64,000 bases of DNA from a virus (Duplodnaviria; Caudoviricetes): positions 1 through 64,000 of the IMG/VR virus record IMGVR_UViG_3300030372_003714. One strand, 5' to 3'. Each line of letters opens with the position of its first letter. The stretch's first letter is position 1. Both the position numbers and the translations under genes were made by a program. Under the pieces are notes generated by a model that saw only the letters and a program-made list of their open reading frames with translations, was not told where the DNA came from and searched no databases. Shown in pieces: positions 30,001-37,762 of this stretch.

Positions 30001-32607
30001 TCTACAAGTATTATAAAAAGTATCAGGTTGTTGCCAGTCACAAGGTTGAACATGATGTGTAGTAGGAATTTCTGATGTATAACAAAAGAAACATCCTCTA
30101 TGCTCTCCAGTAGCTGGTAGTTGCCAAACATCTGTATTAGGATCATTACATTTACCTGCATAGAATGCATAATCTGGATCTATACCTAATATTCTTAATG
30201 GGCTGTTCTCAAAATACCAAGCTGCATTTGCAGTTGAACATGACATAGGAAGACTTGTCCAAGGGAAAAGTCCAGGATCTGTAACTATTGAAGTAGCAAA
30301 TGCTGCCCAAACTATAGCAGCACCTGATGCTACATCCCCATTATGTGTTACTGTTGAACCTAAAGCTCCTGTTGTAATCTGTACTTTATCCGTACCACCA
30401 ATTCTAGAAATTGTTATAGTAGTAATATTTCCTGGAGCTGCATTTGTACATAAAGTCCAAGCCCCTGCTACTGTATCATATATAGCTACTCTATCACCAA
30501 AAGCTACATATACTAACTGAAGTGATACATCTACTCTACTATATGTGGCAACAGCAGTAGGATGTTTACCTGCTAATGCGCCTCCAAATGCAGATGATAT
30601 ATCAATTTGAGACGCGGCAGACCAAGCGCTTACTTCATTAGTATCTGTTTTTATAGCACCAATACTATAAATATTAGTTTCTCCTGCTTTTAATCCTACA
30701 AATTGAAATGTATCACATAATAGATCGGTAGTAGGATTTGTTTGTCCTCCACTTGCTGGGCCAGTCCACATCACATGACTTACAGCTTTAATAGATGCCC
30801 AATTAGCTAAATTAGCTCCACCTATTGCTTGTGGATTTGTTATTGTAGAATTATCACTATTCCATTTTAAATAGCTAACACTATTACCCCCGGTTGGAGA
30901 ATCCCATATATACAGATTATCAGTATATTGATTATGTGCTAATCCTATAACTCCTGCGGCACTTAATTGCCCAATATCTGCAAGTTTATTTACTCTAGCA
31001 GTTGTAACAAGATTAGTAACGAGCCAAAGACCTTTATCAGTATCTAAGTATACCATGTCACCCTGATTACACTTTTTAATTAAAAGATCAGGATTAGCTG
31101 AAGTTGCATATGTACATGGAGTAAATTGTGGGGCTCCATATCTATAATATGTATTATCTAATAAAGTACCTACCATACTAGCTGTAGGAGCAGTAGTTAC
31201 CGGAGCGTTTACATTTTCTATAATACAGTGTTGTATTGGATTACTTGTTGTTGTATCATTTGTACTGTATATTTCTGGATAATGTGTACTCCAAGTTGGG
31301 CTAGTAAAGGTTACTGATAAAGTCCATTCACCAGTTTTTAATGGTGTAGAAACAAAAATTCTTCCACTTTTTTGTGGATCTCTCCATATACCTGCAATAA
31401 TTCTTCCGTTATGATTTGGCTCCCATATATTAATTCCTGCATTATCATTAATATCTATAGCTCCCTTATTTGTTACAGACCATACATTTAAGCTATTTAT
31501 TTCATTCCAAGCAATTTGTAAAGTAGGAGAAGCAGCCCCAGAAGAATCTAAATTACCATAATAAAGATGTCCCTTAGTAGCTGTACTATCATGAGACCAA
31601 ACAGCATACATATTATAATATCTAGAATCGTCTCCTGGAGAAGCTGGCCATGGTCTTGGTCCTTTGTCTAATCCATTTGTATTTTGGTATGTTGGATTAG
31701 ATAGTTGTCCTGTAGTACCATCAAAAGAGAGAACTTCAACTTTATCTAAAAGTTGCGGAACATCATTAGTTCCGACAGTAGGTCTATATATTGTTGCTAC
31801 TTTATGATTATTTACTCCAGTTGTAGATATTTCTAAAGGTGTAACATCTACTACACCATGAGGACCATTATCTTGCCAGCCAGTATAATTTGTACCTACA
31901 GCACTCACAATAGGCACACTATAAGATTGATCAATTATAGGCCATCCAGTTGAGTTTACTGCTAGAATTTGCCATGTAAGCCATCCATTATCAGTCCAAG
32001 TACCAGAACTAGAAGTAGCTGACTTTGCAATTATCCAAAATCCACTATCATATGCTGGATTAGGAGCTTTATATGTTCTTCTGCATATTGTTGCCATACG
32101 TCCCCCAACACCAGTTTGAGAACCCGATAATGTACCTAGTGTTCCTCCTGGAGGAGTTTGTCCAGATAATGTATAATTACTAAATGTTCCTAATCCACCA
32201 TCACCTGACATATCAACTAATCCTACTCGTATACCACTGGTTAAAGCATTTGAGAATACCCAATAATATCTACCTTTATCAATTTTTGCTACGTCAGCTA
32301 ACGTATCTGGAACTTTAACTATATTTACAGATTGTGGTAAACTTTTAATTCCTCCAGTAGTACTGGAGCCATTCATTATATTACCAGTTCTATTAAAAAT
32401 TTGATTACCGTCAGAAAAAAACATCAAGTCTCCATCAGCATAAGACTGTGCTCCATGAGTTACTGCACCATCTGCAGTTATTGTTGCACTAGACCAATGA
32501 GCAGTACGATCAGGAACACTTTCATTTATTGGAGGAGTGGCACCATTTATTGTATTAGTTAGTATTTGAGTACCTGTAAACCACTTTTGATAATCTTTTG
32601 CTGACAT
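21094..32607 (-). CDS. Giant 3837-aa Cys-rich multidomain protein (two beta-propeller-like blocks, Cys-rich repeats, metzincin protease domain); probable virion appendage
   Basis: Uninterrupted ORF in the tail-fibre region; HEILHAFGYGH plus Met-turn; repeated CYxLxxC...YxxCxxC modules. Confidence 0.8.
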   Translation of the reverse strand: MSAKDYQKWFTGTQILTNTINGATPPINESVPDRTAHWSSATITADGAVTHGAQSYADGDLMFFSDGNQIFNRTGNIMNGSSTTGGIKSLPQSVNIVKVPDTLADVAKIDKGRYYWVFSNALTSGIRVGLVDMSGDGGLGTFSNYTLSGQTPPGGTLGTLSGSQTGVGGRMATICRRTYKAPNPAYDSGFWIIAKSATSSSGTWTDNGWLTWQILAVNSTGWPIIDQSYSVPIVSAVGTNYTGWQDNGPHGVVDVTPLEISTTGVNNHKVATIYRPTVGTNDVPQLLDKVEVLSFDGTTGQLSNPTYQNTNGLDKGPRPWPASPGDDSRYYNMYAVWSHDSTATKGHLYYGNLDSSGAASPTLQIAWNEINSLNVWSVTNKGAIDINDNAGINIWEPNHNGRIIAGIWRDPQKSGRIFVSTPLKTGEWTLSVTFTSPTWSTHYPEIYSTNDTTTSNPIQHCIIENVNAPVTTAPTASMVGTLLDNTYYRYGAPQFTPCTYATSANPDLLIKKCNQGDMVYLDTDKGLWLVTNLVTTARVNKLADIGQLSAAGVIGLAHNQYTDNLYIWDSPTGGNSVSYLKWNSDNSTITNPQAIGGANLANWASIKAVSHVMWTGPASGGQTNPTTDLLCDTFQFVGLKAGETNIYSIGAIKTDTNEVSAWSAASQIDISSAFGGALAGKHPTAVATYSRVDVSLQLVYVAFGDRVAIYDTVAGAWTLCTNAAPGNITTITISRIGGTDKVQITTGALGSTVTHNGDVASGAAIVWAAFATSIVTDPGLFPWTSLPMSCSTANAAWYFENSPLRILGIDPDYAFYAGKCNDPNTDVWQLPATGEHRGCFFCYTSEIPTTHHVQPCDWQQPDTFYNTCRACLDVFQDRCIGFLPCCIEATTPTGGTYSLGPVEMPGIITNDLTTVVAGDVYSVSNGGTPVCGEATAPTEHFWFTSEDGNIYSIDNVLNGTCSISEFTTWNGVIGNLKDLTFDKHGNIIYTSGATDISWASAWPSYISDPELITNAFTVPQCLDYDYSATGHIVAGDMVGGNATFARYTNSLSGGIAIAGSVTNATISLGYDLSVDYNSGDYYVLGDNTGAGGLNKLMSIDDANGNHTVISDLATVCSFVAGQDAYGIERVRGLSIATSITYIISAKLVGIGNYELFLHTLNDAGTGQTAVIGLINPVTATNAWTNIPTGLGYNDICSKWPNNTDPSVTLYTDCVDCLSAPGTEDCCYKLTNCDTGVIQYSTQAILSPYIGLYVRLQGGTCWYVEKSPTCISPVSVILDTSPGPYSDCPTCTPDPTVYYKLPKCGDPTDVVYTVNGVGATSTPLIDAYFAAGVVVHLAGECFCREIQINPTGPQGTEAALTVSSTQVDCASCRYYLRVEDCVTGNITSVDYLNSPTLHPFIGAANAHDITIGGVAQDNCHKVLVGCLGPTTVVYPTGAITASYADCADCATSGQTCVKVAHCCGPSYVPDQIVNVTTGITAADVGSVVQADITVGGILYTGCWTVSASADCTGMLPDADVTAIATATVGTGNMPDCSYCLVNPCDPQCTLLESCTNPGTTITVSGGLGATIGTDVVELGGQIGCWKQCTSQGNPIAGTNWFYGDRLGIDFSTGAPVADFNGQSTMLNFNSSNAPNSDAYTFRGAAVHSATGAATIGGHAFAAGDLMFYTDGHWIYDRTHTKMNLDSGPVHEGNANQGATSSDGKTFPAQGAVIIPNAAGGVTDGVWHQYYVIQNSAGNGPIKWSIVDMTLNSGKGEVLAASDNTTLAASASEVMCVNTTTGIGSGAYWHFYYVPVMSNGADWANQHIKGIKFSSAGIGTAFVAVDVVTGRWNNSAASGTQTIGSGELLVNQTNDIIAVRFEGDDLNNVASETFAFGLNPVTGDSATAAIGWTFNNGYNGGANNGVFNSIVLGIHREKSPTLGAYVGDYFLDRVDSMAFSPNGRNLILSGTQYYDTNDPYNNTLIKSGFGIIILKLKGLAIEMAAQQAFVFYNETDDAAAFDAAGPNAAPFMWFTNSAGGYTDHVKSFPDASTASGWYGTPTDVTRCNVMINDLVVGPDGKLWLNIVEQLQDNPYMLKVGAGNQITNSLLRLDDPNNALAIEQGLELINPVPSYDIGNRPMGERFPTWLNMPCPCDPANVINPDPVITVTHNDCTDCAPPPNFCYKLTECECTGGTSGPANQCSVNDPATMPPNMVTYGKTWSPTCINNTPQRWAALVNAVQALGTQGAPGIAQTVDFSYSFINDGATFPIGIPGFGPALACEQGPGTANTTGISSWPFCAPYNKTYTITHVQFKAEMQTMFAEIKAMLEGVFNTNCGYGANLTVNFTDLGYETGYTAGDPAMGTNTITGNNGTSFTDSNGVAGIGDFRIGFSDFGALDPAGGSGCGNTGGASGILGLCFTGNLNFNDPGIAKASPEVGLLLFDANENWRKAGDAVVANSFSLIRVGIHEILHAFGYGHDWLTFGAANGCDSLCDCPCFQSDPTCPNLYQDNDNDGLPDNCPGAIYNADALMGPFSSSNSFATDFPTGLMGPEGIYDRRATCGIYGNPNVNFGCEDGVCLQGSGCTYITEYSDDPALAGYVGGIITWDNGDPAGERCWEVDIINPCPGGVALINPVNLVSGDPNGDCTDCGLVNPCYTLNLCSCNTVAGAPAQIITDTDLSLYCSGMIGTGTIVEIDLYPGACYEIDCTPQPCPSTGAVTVVVTNTYQNCTDCCVSNEQCYQLCPCDSTVSVGTCNGTDINTLTLVSPTPFAGATSSDQHMAASDFITTPGNGFDNVDFATLKYATVSSVQPCELFGFPGSGVNQGGVWGIQAIGAPNPFSQISYSNWTTLRNEAIALGITGVTVADNYTSLRTKFNAWFSGTTGNIVIGTNSCTCTFSGTDSCSTRTLISTANGVGYSNGYQQYSIDNPTDLHNTKKLVNSILPSQSSHCTDPITGNMIVSLSGLRIYKCGTNPNQPLDGMTNSYWGQTESWDTARAELVAAGYGNAAMDYNTMQTWLAQNYVSADGSLACFAINGGPCSCTSTCTVVTNDLSAELGQVVTLGGAPPAPLNTTECYEVQLCGTCGTGSCNPVGAVVLNTVHPTCPDCESGSGCPCYKLTDCSDPTIVINNVCQSADLDNAYINGEVININGNATICYEISCDDIINCDPATCLSVNVTQTYASCALCTGGQTAWECDPLGGCNCVPTAGPGFPSQAACLASPQCCPNTPSWDCDPLTQTCFDPGTGNGQYASVQACIQNCGTPESYNCIYSAATNSYSCSDPGDGSGTFATLANCNMAISMNTQPCYVESYNCVINNGVTQCIDPGDGTGTFNNTNGGLVACQGCNGCPLDPSCGGVSSSWDCDPVFGCIQNFQGTGQYPTLQDCALDCASYEPEGGTFESICENCLDEIDMKKFFDKVADVCDDCNVPFGLTDQEVTCDTGCFGNSNIYVFLDMTSTFGGSFLDRLSSMLDFKVNVIEPAFQMIKSNFPTYSGHLYVIPGAWAHGSQFGPCNNCNNTGAAAPGSATAPEDWLAWVNYPLSGNKGANGAGVNPMATGTLPANKRTVMAHTMVDGIGGAPADCNNPAYIAATHGPLLKQIMILPGSYATDGFNQVNPWQDPFGEEGFSDPYHEFEGGDLDSIVVVFQDESRGNPGGYHETNVGSSGNAWGGTCGNALWGGQPGLNWHEIGTGPNNTLMPQWKNDYDNYMSLHQYGWDANGDPNLTSHNVTQKTMIYAGSYIDHSVTNVVTTRRDFIFHLMGAVGAQSKDAIISYQGHIDCASYVDVPSVYNFQCYVATDVTIPNPYMGASGGGDPTHTTGYQGGSLSNYGMSFHIPSYPIQQLSSTMLYDLWKDYLSDC
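22490..23110 (-). repeat. Five tandem ~35-40-aa Cys-rich repeats, [W/Y]xC...C.DPG.G.G.[Y/F].[S/T]...C
   Basis: AWECDPLGGC, SWDCDPLTQTCFDPGTGNGQY, SYNC...CSDPGDGSGTF, SYNC...CIDPGDGTGTF, SWDCDPVFGC...GTGQY. Bounds approximate. Confidence 0.75.
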
Positions 32608-32625
32608 TCTTATTCTTTTATTTAA

Positions 32626-33306
32626 TTATACTTCCTGTTTAGGATAACACTTTAATTCAACCCAGTGACCACTTTCATGGAATCCTGTATTCATAGGATT
32701 AGGTTCTGTAATACTAATAAAATATTTACCTCTTTTAGTTTGATTTGCTCCTACTCCTCCGCCCATAAATCTAACTATATCTCCCATACCATAAACTACT
32801 GATGCGTCCCAATCAACACTTCCTGCAGCTTGCCAAGCTTCTTTTACATGCCCACAAACACTCCATGTTGCTGGACCAATTCCATTAAGTCCTGTCATAC
32901 AAGGAAAAGCGAAACCAGTATTATCAAAACATGTGCCTGCTGGTTGTACCAAAGGGGCTACTCCTTGCCATCTTAAATATAAATATTCTCCTGGATTTGC
33001 GTTTGGTTTCATATAAGCTTTTACTACTTTTCCGTATGGGATAGTTCCATAAGATTGTGTCCAAACAATACTACCATCTAATTCCCACTCACCTTTACAA
33101 TTACAAGGTAATGGTGAATAACATTCTATAATTTCAATATAAGCTCCTAAAAGTTTTAAATTGCATAGTTCATCTTTACACTCTTTTCCAAAGCGTTGTT
33201 TATCAACTAGTTCTGCTGCTTTTGTAGCAAAGCAACATTTTAACTTATTTAATCTATAAGTTATATCATATTCTGTTATTACTGTAGGCGTCGCTGTTTT
33301 ACTCAT
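32626..33306 (-). CDS. Tail-associated structural protein with possible CBM5/12-like module
   Basis: Helical Cys-containing N-terminus; 'WDASVVYGMGDIVRF...KYF...WVEL' resembles the W-x5-Y-x2-GD-x-V carbohydrate-binding signature. Confidence 0.45.
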   Translation of the reverse strand: MSKTATPTVITEYDITYRLNKLKCCFATKAAELVDKQRFGKECKDELCNLKLLGAYIEIIECYSPLPCNCKGEWELDGSIVWTQSYGTIPYGKVVKAYMKPNANPGEYLYLRWQGVAPLVQPAGTCFDNTGFAFPCMTGLNGIGPATWSVCGHVKEAWQAAGSVDWDASVVYGMGDIVRFMGGGVGANQTKRGKYFISITEPNPMNTGFHESGHWVELKCYPKQEV

Positions 33307-34148
33307 TACAATTTCATTATAAAGGCTAATACATAGTATTTATTAGTAATATCAACATTTGCTCCATTTGGTGCAGAAAGTCCTGATGATGTTCCATCTC
33401 CTGTTTGTCCACTTATATTTGTTGTTGCTTGATGATTGTGTATACCTGCCCAAGTAGTCCAATATTGTCCTACTGAATTACCACCACCTTTATCAGCCAT
33501 ACCTCCTGTAACACCGTTTGCTGCATCAATCTGGTGTCTGTGATTTCCATTATCTGCAATAGTTGTAATTGCTGTTAAAGTATTTCCGCTATGTGTATGT
33601 GCTGGGATTTGAGAAGGCTCTAGATTTACTGTAAATGATCCTCCACTAGCTCCTAAATTATTAAAGGGACTATAAGCAATATTATCTCCAAAAGCTCCTA
33701 CAAAATGACCTCTTAAATCTGGAGTCCCTTGAGTTCCATCACAAAAAGCCCACCCTTGTGGAATAGAGGCAACATTACCTTTCCACATGCATATTACTCC
33801 TGCAGGAATTGCTCCTCCAGGTCCTAATACAGTAGAAATAATATTACCTGCATTATATGTATTTGGGCATGGCGCAGCCGTACCAGTAGTAACTATAACA
33901 TCTCCAGTAGTATTACCATCTAAACCATCAGATATATATACATCTGTTAAGGAACATCCGTCTGCTCCATCTGCTCCTGGTAATCCATTTGTACCATTTA
34001 CACCTGGAGGTCCTTGGGGACCTTGAGGTCCTACGGGTCCTGTATCTCCTACAGGAATGTCACAACTATTTGCTTCTGCACATGTGTTACAATCACACGA
34101 GCAATGTTGAGGTGTTACACACCCATTTAAACAACTTTCACATGCCAT
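33306..34148 (-). CDS. Tail fibre protein with collagen-like repeat and tail-collar domain
   Basis: GDTGPVGPQGPQGPPGVNGTNGLPGADGADG; tail-collar motif IPAGVICMWKG...PQGWAFCDGTQGTPDLRGHF. Confidence 0.85.
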   Translation of the reverse strand: MACESCLNGCVTPQHCSCDCNTCAEANSCDIPVGDTGPVGPQGPQGPPGVNGTNGLPGADGADGCSLTDVYISDGLDGNTTGDVIVTTGTAAPCPNTYNAGNIISTVLGPGGAIPAGVICMWKGNVASIPQGWAFCDGTQGTPDLRGHFVGAFGDNIAYSPFNNLGASGGSFTVNLEPSQIPAHTHSGNTLTAITTIADNGNHRHQIDAANGVTGGMADKGGGNSVGQYWTTWAGIHNHQATTNISGQTGDGTSSGLSAPNGANVDITNKYYVLAFIMKL

Positions 34149-34160
34149 TAAATATCTTTT

Positions 34161-34769
34161 TTATGAAGACGTGCATGATGCACAAGTCCCCTTATAATTA
34201 CACAATTTATTTACCTGTTTTGCCATTTTCGCGGCTTTAGTTAAACTTCCACAGGTATAAGCATATAACATGGCTTTATAAAGTGTATAAGCTTCAAGAG
34301 CATTTGACTTATCTTCTCCACAAGGACACTCATCACATATATCTAGATTTGCTAACATCTTGTGTACACAACATTTAATTACACTAGACATTAATCCATA
34401 TTTTCTTTTTGTGATTAAGAATCCGCCTTGAGTTCCGTCATTTACTAATATTCTATATTCAAATTCATAGATACCTTGAATTACCGTTTGACCTGCAGCT
34501 CCTCCTAAAAGACCCATATGAATATTAAATTCTCCATTTATTCCATTAGGAAGATCTGGAGAAATCATTGTAAAGTCTAATACGTATTTGGTTCCGCTCG
34601 GAGTAGTTACAATAATCTCCGCATCTAAAACGTCCCCTAATTCATAATTAGGTGTACCCCATCCACCAGGAGTGAATTGACTATATACACCTGTTATATC
34701 TGTAAATATAATACTTTTATTATCGCATGCTTCGTGTATCCTAAAATCTACTTTTGTTATTCCAGCCAT
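34161..34769 (-). CDS. Tail hub / fibre-attachment structural protein
   Basis: IFTDITGVY...GGWG...GIYEFEY pattern and position between capsid-auxiliary and fibre genes, as in crAss-like phages. Confidence 0.5.
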   Translation of the reverse strand: MAGITKVDFRIHEACDNKSIIFTDITGVYSQFTPGGWGTPNYELGDVLDAEIIVTTPSGTKYVLDFTMISPDLPNGINGEFNIHMGLLGGAAGQTVIQGIYEFEYRILVNDGTQGGFLITKRKYGLMSSVIKCCVHKMLANLDICDECPCGEDKSNALEAYTLYKAMLYAYTCGSLTKAAKMAKQVNKLCNYKGTCASCTSS

Positions 34770-34792
34770 TCATATACTTTTATTTAAATACG

Positions 34793-34800
34793 CAAATATA
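34793..34800 (-). promoter_or_regulatory. Bacteroidota-type -7 promoter box (TATATTTG)
   Basis: TATATTTGCG, 24 nt upstream of the 34769 start codon. Confidence 0.65.
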
Positions 34801-34823
34801 GAAGGGATTTCTCCCCTCTATAT
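34796..34823 (-). terminator. Intrinsic terminator-like hairpin overlapping the promoter box
   Basis: ATATAGAAGGGA / TCCCCTCTATAT inverted repeat (one mismatch), 4-nt loop, downstream of the capsid genes. Confidence 0.55.
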
Positions 34824-34844
34824 CTACATATATATTTATAACTA

Positions 34845-35222
34845 TTATCCGTTACCTCTGATGTACGCTATCGTTACGATATGTACACCATTAGCAGTAG
34901 ATACTGTACCACTAGCAGTTACGTGGATTAATCCCGTATGCTGATTTGAAGGAACAAGCACACTAGCTTTTACGTTAGCTGCTGCTATAGCTGCAGTAAC
35001 CCATTGAGCTGCGCCACCTACTGCTACTCTTAAAGCACCAGTACCTGCTAATACAGCACCTCCGTTATTAGTATTTATATAAATACTATCAAGAACTGCG
35101 TCAGCTGGAATTTCTACATCAGATACCATAGCACCACCTGCCGTAGATCCGTCATATTTTATTGCTACAGAGACCGTTTCGATTTTACCTTTGGTTGCTC
35201 TGCTTTCTATTACATTTGCCAT
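34845..35222 (-). CDS. Putative capsid auxiliary/decoration protein
   Basis: Small Ala/Val-rich beta protein directly after the auxiliary capsid gene. Confidence 0.45.
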   Translation of the reverse strand: MANVIESRATKGKIETVSVAIKYDGSTAGGAMVSDVEIPADAVLDSIYINTNNGGAVLAGTGALRVAVGGAAQWVTAAIAAANVKASVLVPSNQHTGLIHVTASGTVSTANGVHIVTIAYIRGNG

Positions 35223-35253
35223 TATCTTATATTTTTAAAGTTAAACAATTATT

Positions 35254-36231
35254 TTATAGATTCACATCTGCGAAGTTACCTGGTGTAGATCCCATCCAAG
35301 GATTAATTTCTGCTTCGAAATTAGCCTTTTGTCCTGCACCTGTAGGTATTGCAACCAATGTCATTTCTGGGCTTAAGCCGTCTTTGTTAAGATTAGCTGT
35401 AGCGTGTCTATCAGAATGCGTTACTGCATACATAGCATATTGAGCTCCTGCTGCTGCGTACACTGGGTACGAAGGTACTGGGAATCTCATTAAGTTAGTT
35501 ACACCATCGTATCCTAACGCTGCTCTTTCTAGATCTGAAACATGCTCGAAAGTACCTGATCCATAAACTGGAGCAACTTGGTTCTCATCGTAAGTAGTTA
35601 CACCACCATCAGAGAATCCTCCTTCCATTACACACTTAAATGTTACTTGCTCATAACCATCAATGATAGCATAAGTTTGTGCTAAAGCTGTAACAGTAAA
35701 TCCACTATCAGTTGCTACTGCACCTGTAGTTTGAGCTGCTACTACTAAACCTGCAGCGTAATCATCAGCGTTGATAGCTGCAACCATAGCTGCAGAAATC
35801 TCAGCTTGTGTAGCTGTTGCATCTGAAGTATAGTAGAAACGTCTTACTAATTGTCTTTCAGATCCGATAACTTTATCATATGTAAATATAATAGAGAATA
35901 CGTATTCAGTTGAGTTTACTAAGTTGATAGAACCTGCACCCCCTGCAACTGCACCTACTTGTGCTTGTTGTTGTGTTGCTGCTAAAAATGCTGTTCCGTC
36001 CCACTTTTCAACTTGTAGTCCTTGGATTTTTGCCGAGAACTTTGGTGCTCCTGTTGTACCTTGTACAATGTAAACATATTCCGAATCCGCAATAGTTTCT
36101 GCTGGAGCTAGTATAGTCATATCTGACTTTACTAATGCTATCTCACCGTCAGCTAATGTAGCTACAGTTGCTCCTGCAGTTCTTGCTACACCCTTACCGA
36201 TAAGAATTTTATAATTTTCATGTCTTGCCAT
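35254..36231 (-). CDS. Auxiliary capsid protein (crAss-like)
   Basis: Ala/Thr-rich 325-aa protein third downstream of MCP; GSGTFEHVSDLE and YAMYAVTH motifs; crAss-like synteny. Confidence 0.55.
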   Translation of the reverse strand: MARHENYKILIGKGVARTAGATVATLADGEIALVKSDMTILAPAETIADSEYVYIVQGTTGAPKFSAKIQGLQVEKWDGTAFLAATQQQAQVGAVAGGAGSINLVNSTEYVFSIIFTYDKVIGSERQLVRRFYYTSDATATQAEISAAMVAAINADDYAAGLVVAAQTTGAVATDSGFTVTALAQTYAIIDGYEQVTFKCVMEGGFSDGGVTTYDENQVAPVYGSGTFEHVSDLERAALGYDGVTNLMRFPVPSYPVYAAAGAQYAMYAVTHSDRHATANLNKDGLSPEMTLVAIPTGAGQKANFEAEINPWMGSTPGNFADVNL

Positions 36232-36262
36232 TACTCATAATTTTTAAATTAAACAATTTTTT

Positions 36263-36964
36263 TTATTCTCCTGTAATTTCTGTGACCATATGACTCTGGA
36301 ATCTTGGACTTGCTATATTCTCTAATGCTAAACCAACAGCTATACTCACAATTTCTATATGTGTATGTTCTGCTAATTCACATGACATTAGTGGAAAATT
36401 AGTAATATCCAATCTAATCGGTTGTCTTATGTATCTCAAAAAATACTGGTTTATTGTAAAAGTCCCGTCTGTAATTAACTCTGCCCATCTTCCATGCATC
36501 AAACGTAATACAACGTTCTTTGTTGGTTTATTAAATGGGTCATCTACCAATTTATCGTAATCATTATGAGACGTCGCATAAACTCCTGTTCTTTCGTCTA
36601 CCCAACTGCCATTGCAGTCTTCATAACGTATTTCACATTCTTCATTAATGGCGAACCAATAAATGTCCGGACTTATACTCCCATCAGGCAAATCGAATAA
36701 TATTCCATTTGGTTTAGTTGGGGTTTGTATCGCAGACGGAATTATTGTTGCTTCTGTAACAATAGTTCTTAAATCATCAGTACGTTTTTGCGTTTCCTCA
36801 AATGTTTCCGTTTTTTGGTTGTGTACATAACGTGTTTTTACAAAACGATCTTGAGCTCTATTAAGCCAAAGATCGATTTCTTCAGGTTCAAAGTTAGGGT
36901 AGTTAAGACTATCTGTCTTATCTAACCCTAATTTGAATTCTATGTGCATTTCTGCTAATGTCAT
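36263..36964 (-). CDS. Tail ring / head-tail connector protein
   Basis: MTLAEMHIEFKLGLDK...FEPEEIDLWLNRAQ...YLRYIRQP...CELAEHTHIEIV, a crAss-like ring protein signature. Confidence 0.75.
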   Translation of the reverse strand: MTLAEMHIEFKLGLDKTDSLNYPNFEPEEIDLWLNRAQDRFVKTRYVHNQKTETFEETQKRTDDLRTIVTEATIIPSAIQTPTKPNGILFDLPDGSISPDIYWFAINEECEIRYEDCNGSWVDERTGVYATSHNDYDKLVDDPFNKPTKNVVLRLMHGRWAELITDGTFTINQYFLRYIRQPIRLDITNFPLMSCELAEHTHIEIVSIAVGLALENIASPRFQSHMVTEITGE

Positions 36965-37737
36965 TATTTTTTACTTGCTTTAAGTTTTGACTTTAACGAT
37001 AATACTATATCCTGATTTTTTGGATCTTTTAAGTATAGTAATGCTGATTCTAAGTCGTGACCAATAGCACTATCACCGAACATGTAGTGACCACCTCTCA
37101 CGCGAAGAGCATTTATACCTCTAAGATCTTCGACAAATACTCGAAGTTTGAAATCTGGTTGGTCTACAGTTTCATTAAAACTCCCTGGATCTTTATCTAA
37201 AATATCTGCAAGTGTATTTTCAATTAATGTGTCCGAAGCATTATCTGACTTCTTACCCATTAGTTTTAATACATTACGCATTTCAGTTGTTGTCATTGAG
37301 TTAAATGTTTTATAAGCCTTCCTTTTTTCTTTAATTTTAAGATTATCCTTTTTAGCATCTTCTTCTGCATCATATAATACATATTCTGCTTTTGGCCAAT
37401 CTTGTAAATTATTAACTGAATTAGCTACACGTTTACTAGACATTAAGATTCTATAATCAATAAAATCTCTAGGTCTTTCTAACATTAAGGTTTTATCCTT
37501 GTCATTTAATATAACCGTATAGTCTCTCCAATATTCTGAGTACTTACCTAAAGTACCAGGCTTCATTTGCAATTCTGATTCTAGATCCTTTTCTTCCTTT
37601 TGTGAAAGACCGGTAGCATAGCCCCCTCGACCGAGAGAAGCTATGACCGTATCTTTACATTTAGGAAATCTATGAAAACCAGACCATGATTGTCTTTCTA
37701 AAGCCTTCAAAATTACTTTTCCTTTTCTATCTTTCAT
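36964..37737 (-). CDS. Conserved crAss-like structural protein adjacent to MCP
   Basis: Directly downstream of MCP; LMLERPRDFIDY and LLYLKDPKNQDI motifs. Confidence 0.6.
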   Translation of the reverse strand: MKDRKGKVILKALERQSWSGFHRFPKCKDTVIASLGRGGYATGLSQKEEKDLESELQMKPGTLGKYSEYWRDYTVILNDKDKTLMLERPRDFIDYRILMSSKRVANSVNNLQDWPKAEYVLYDAEEDAKKDNLKIKEKRKAYKTFNSMTTTEMRNVLKLMGKKSDNASDTLIENTLADILDKDPGSFNETVDQPDFKLRVFVEDLRGINALRVRGGHYMFGDSAIGHDLESALLYLKDPKNQDIVLSLKSKLKASKK

Positions 37738-37762
37738 GATAAATTTTTAAATTAAACACTAA

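Noticed and set aside
21094-34148. Diversity-generating retroelement or invertible cassette targeting fibre genes
   Set aside because: No reverse transcriptase, recombinase or near-identical TR/VR nucleotide pair seen in this window; the repeats are protein-level and diverged.
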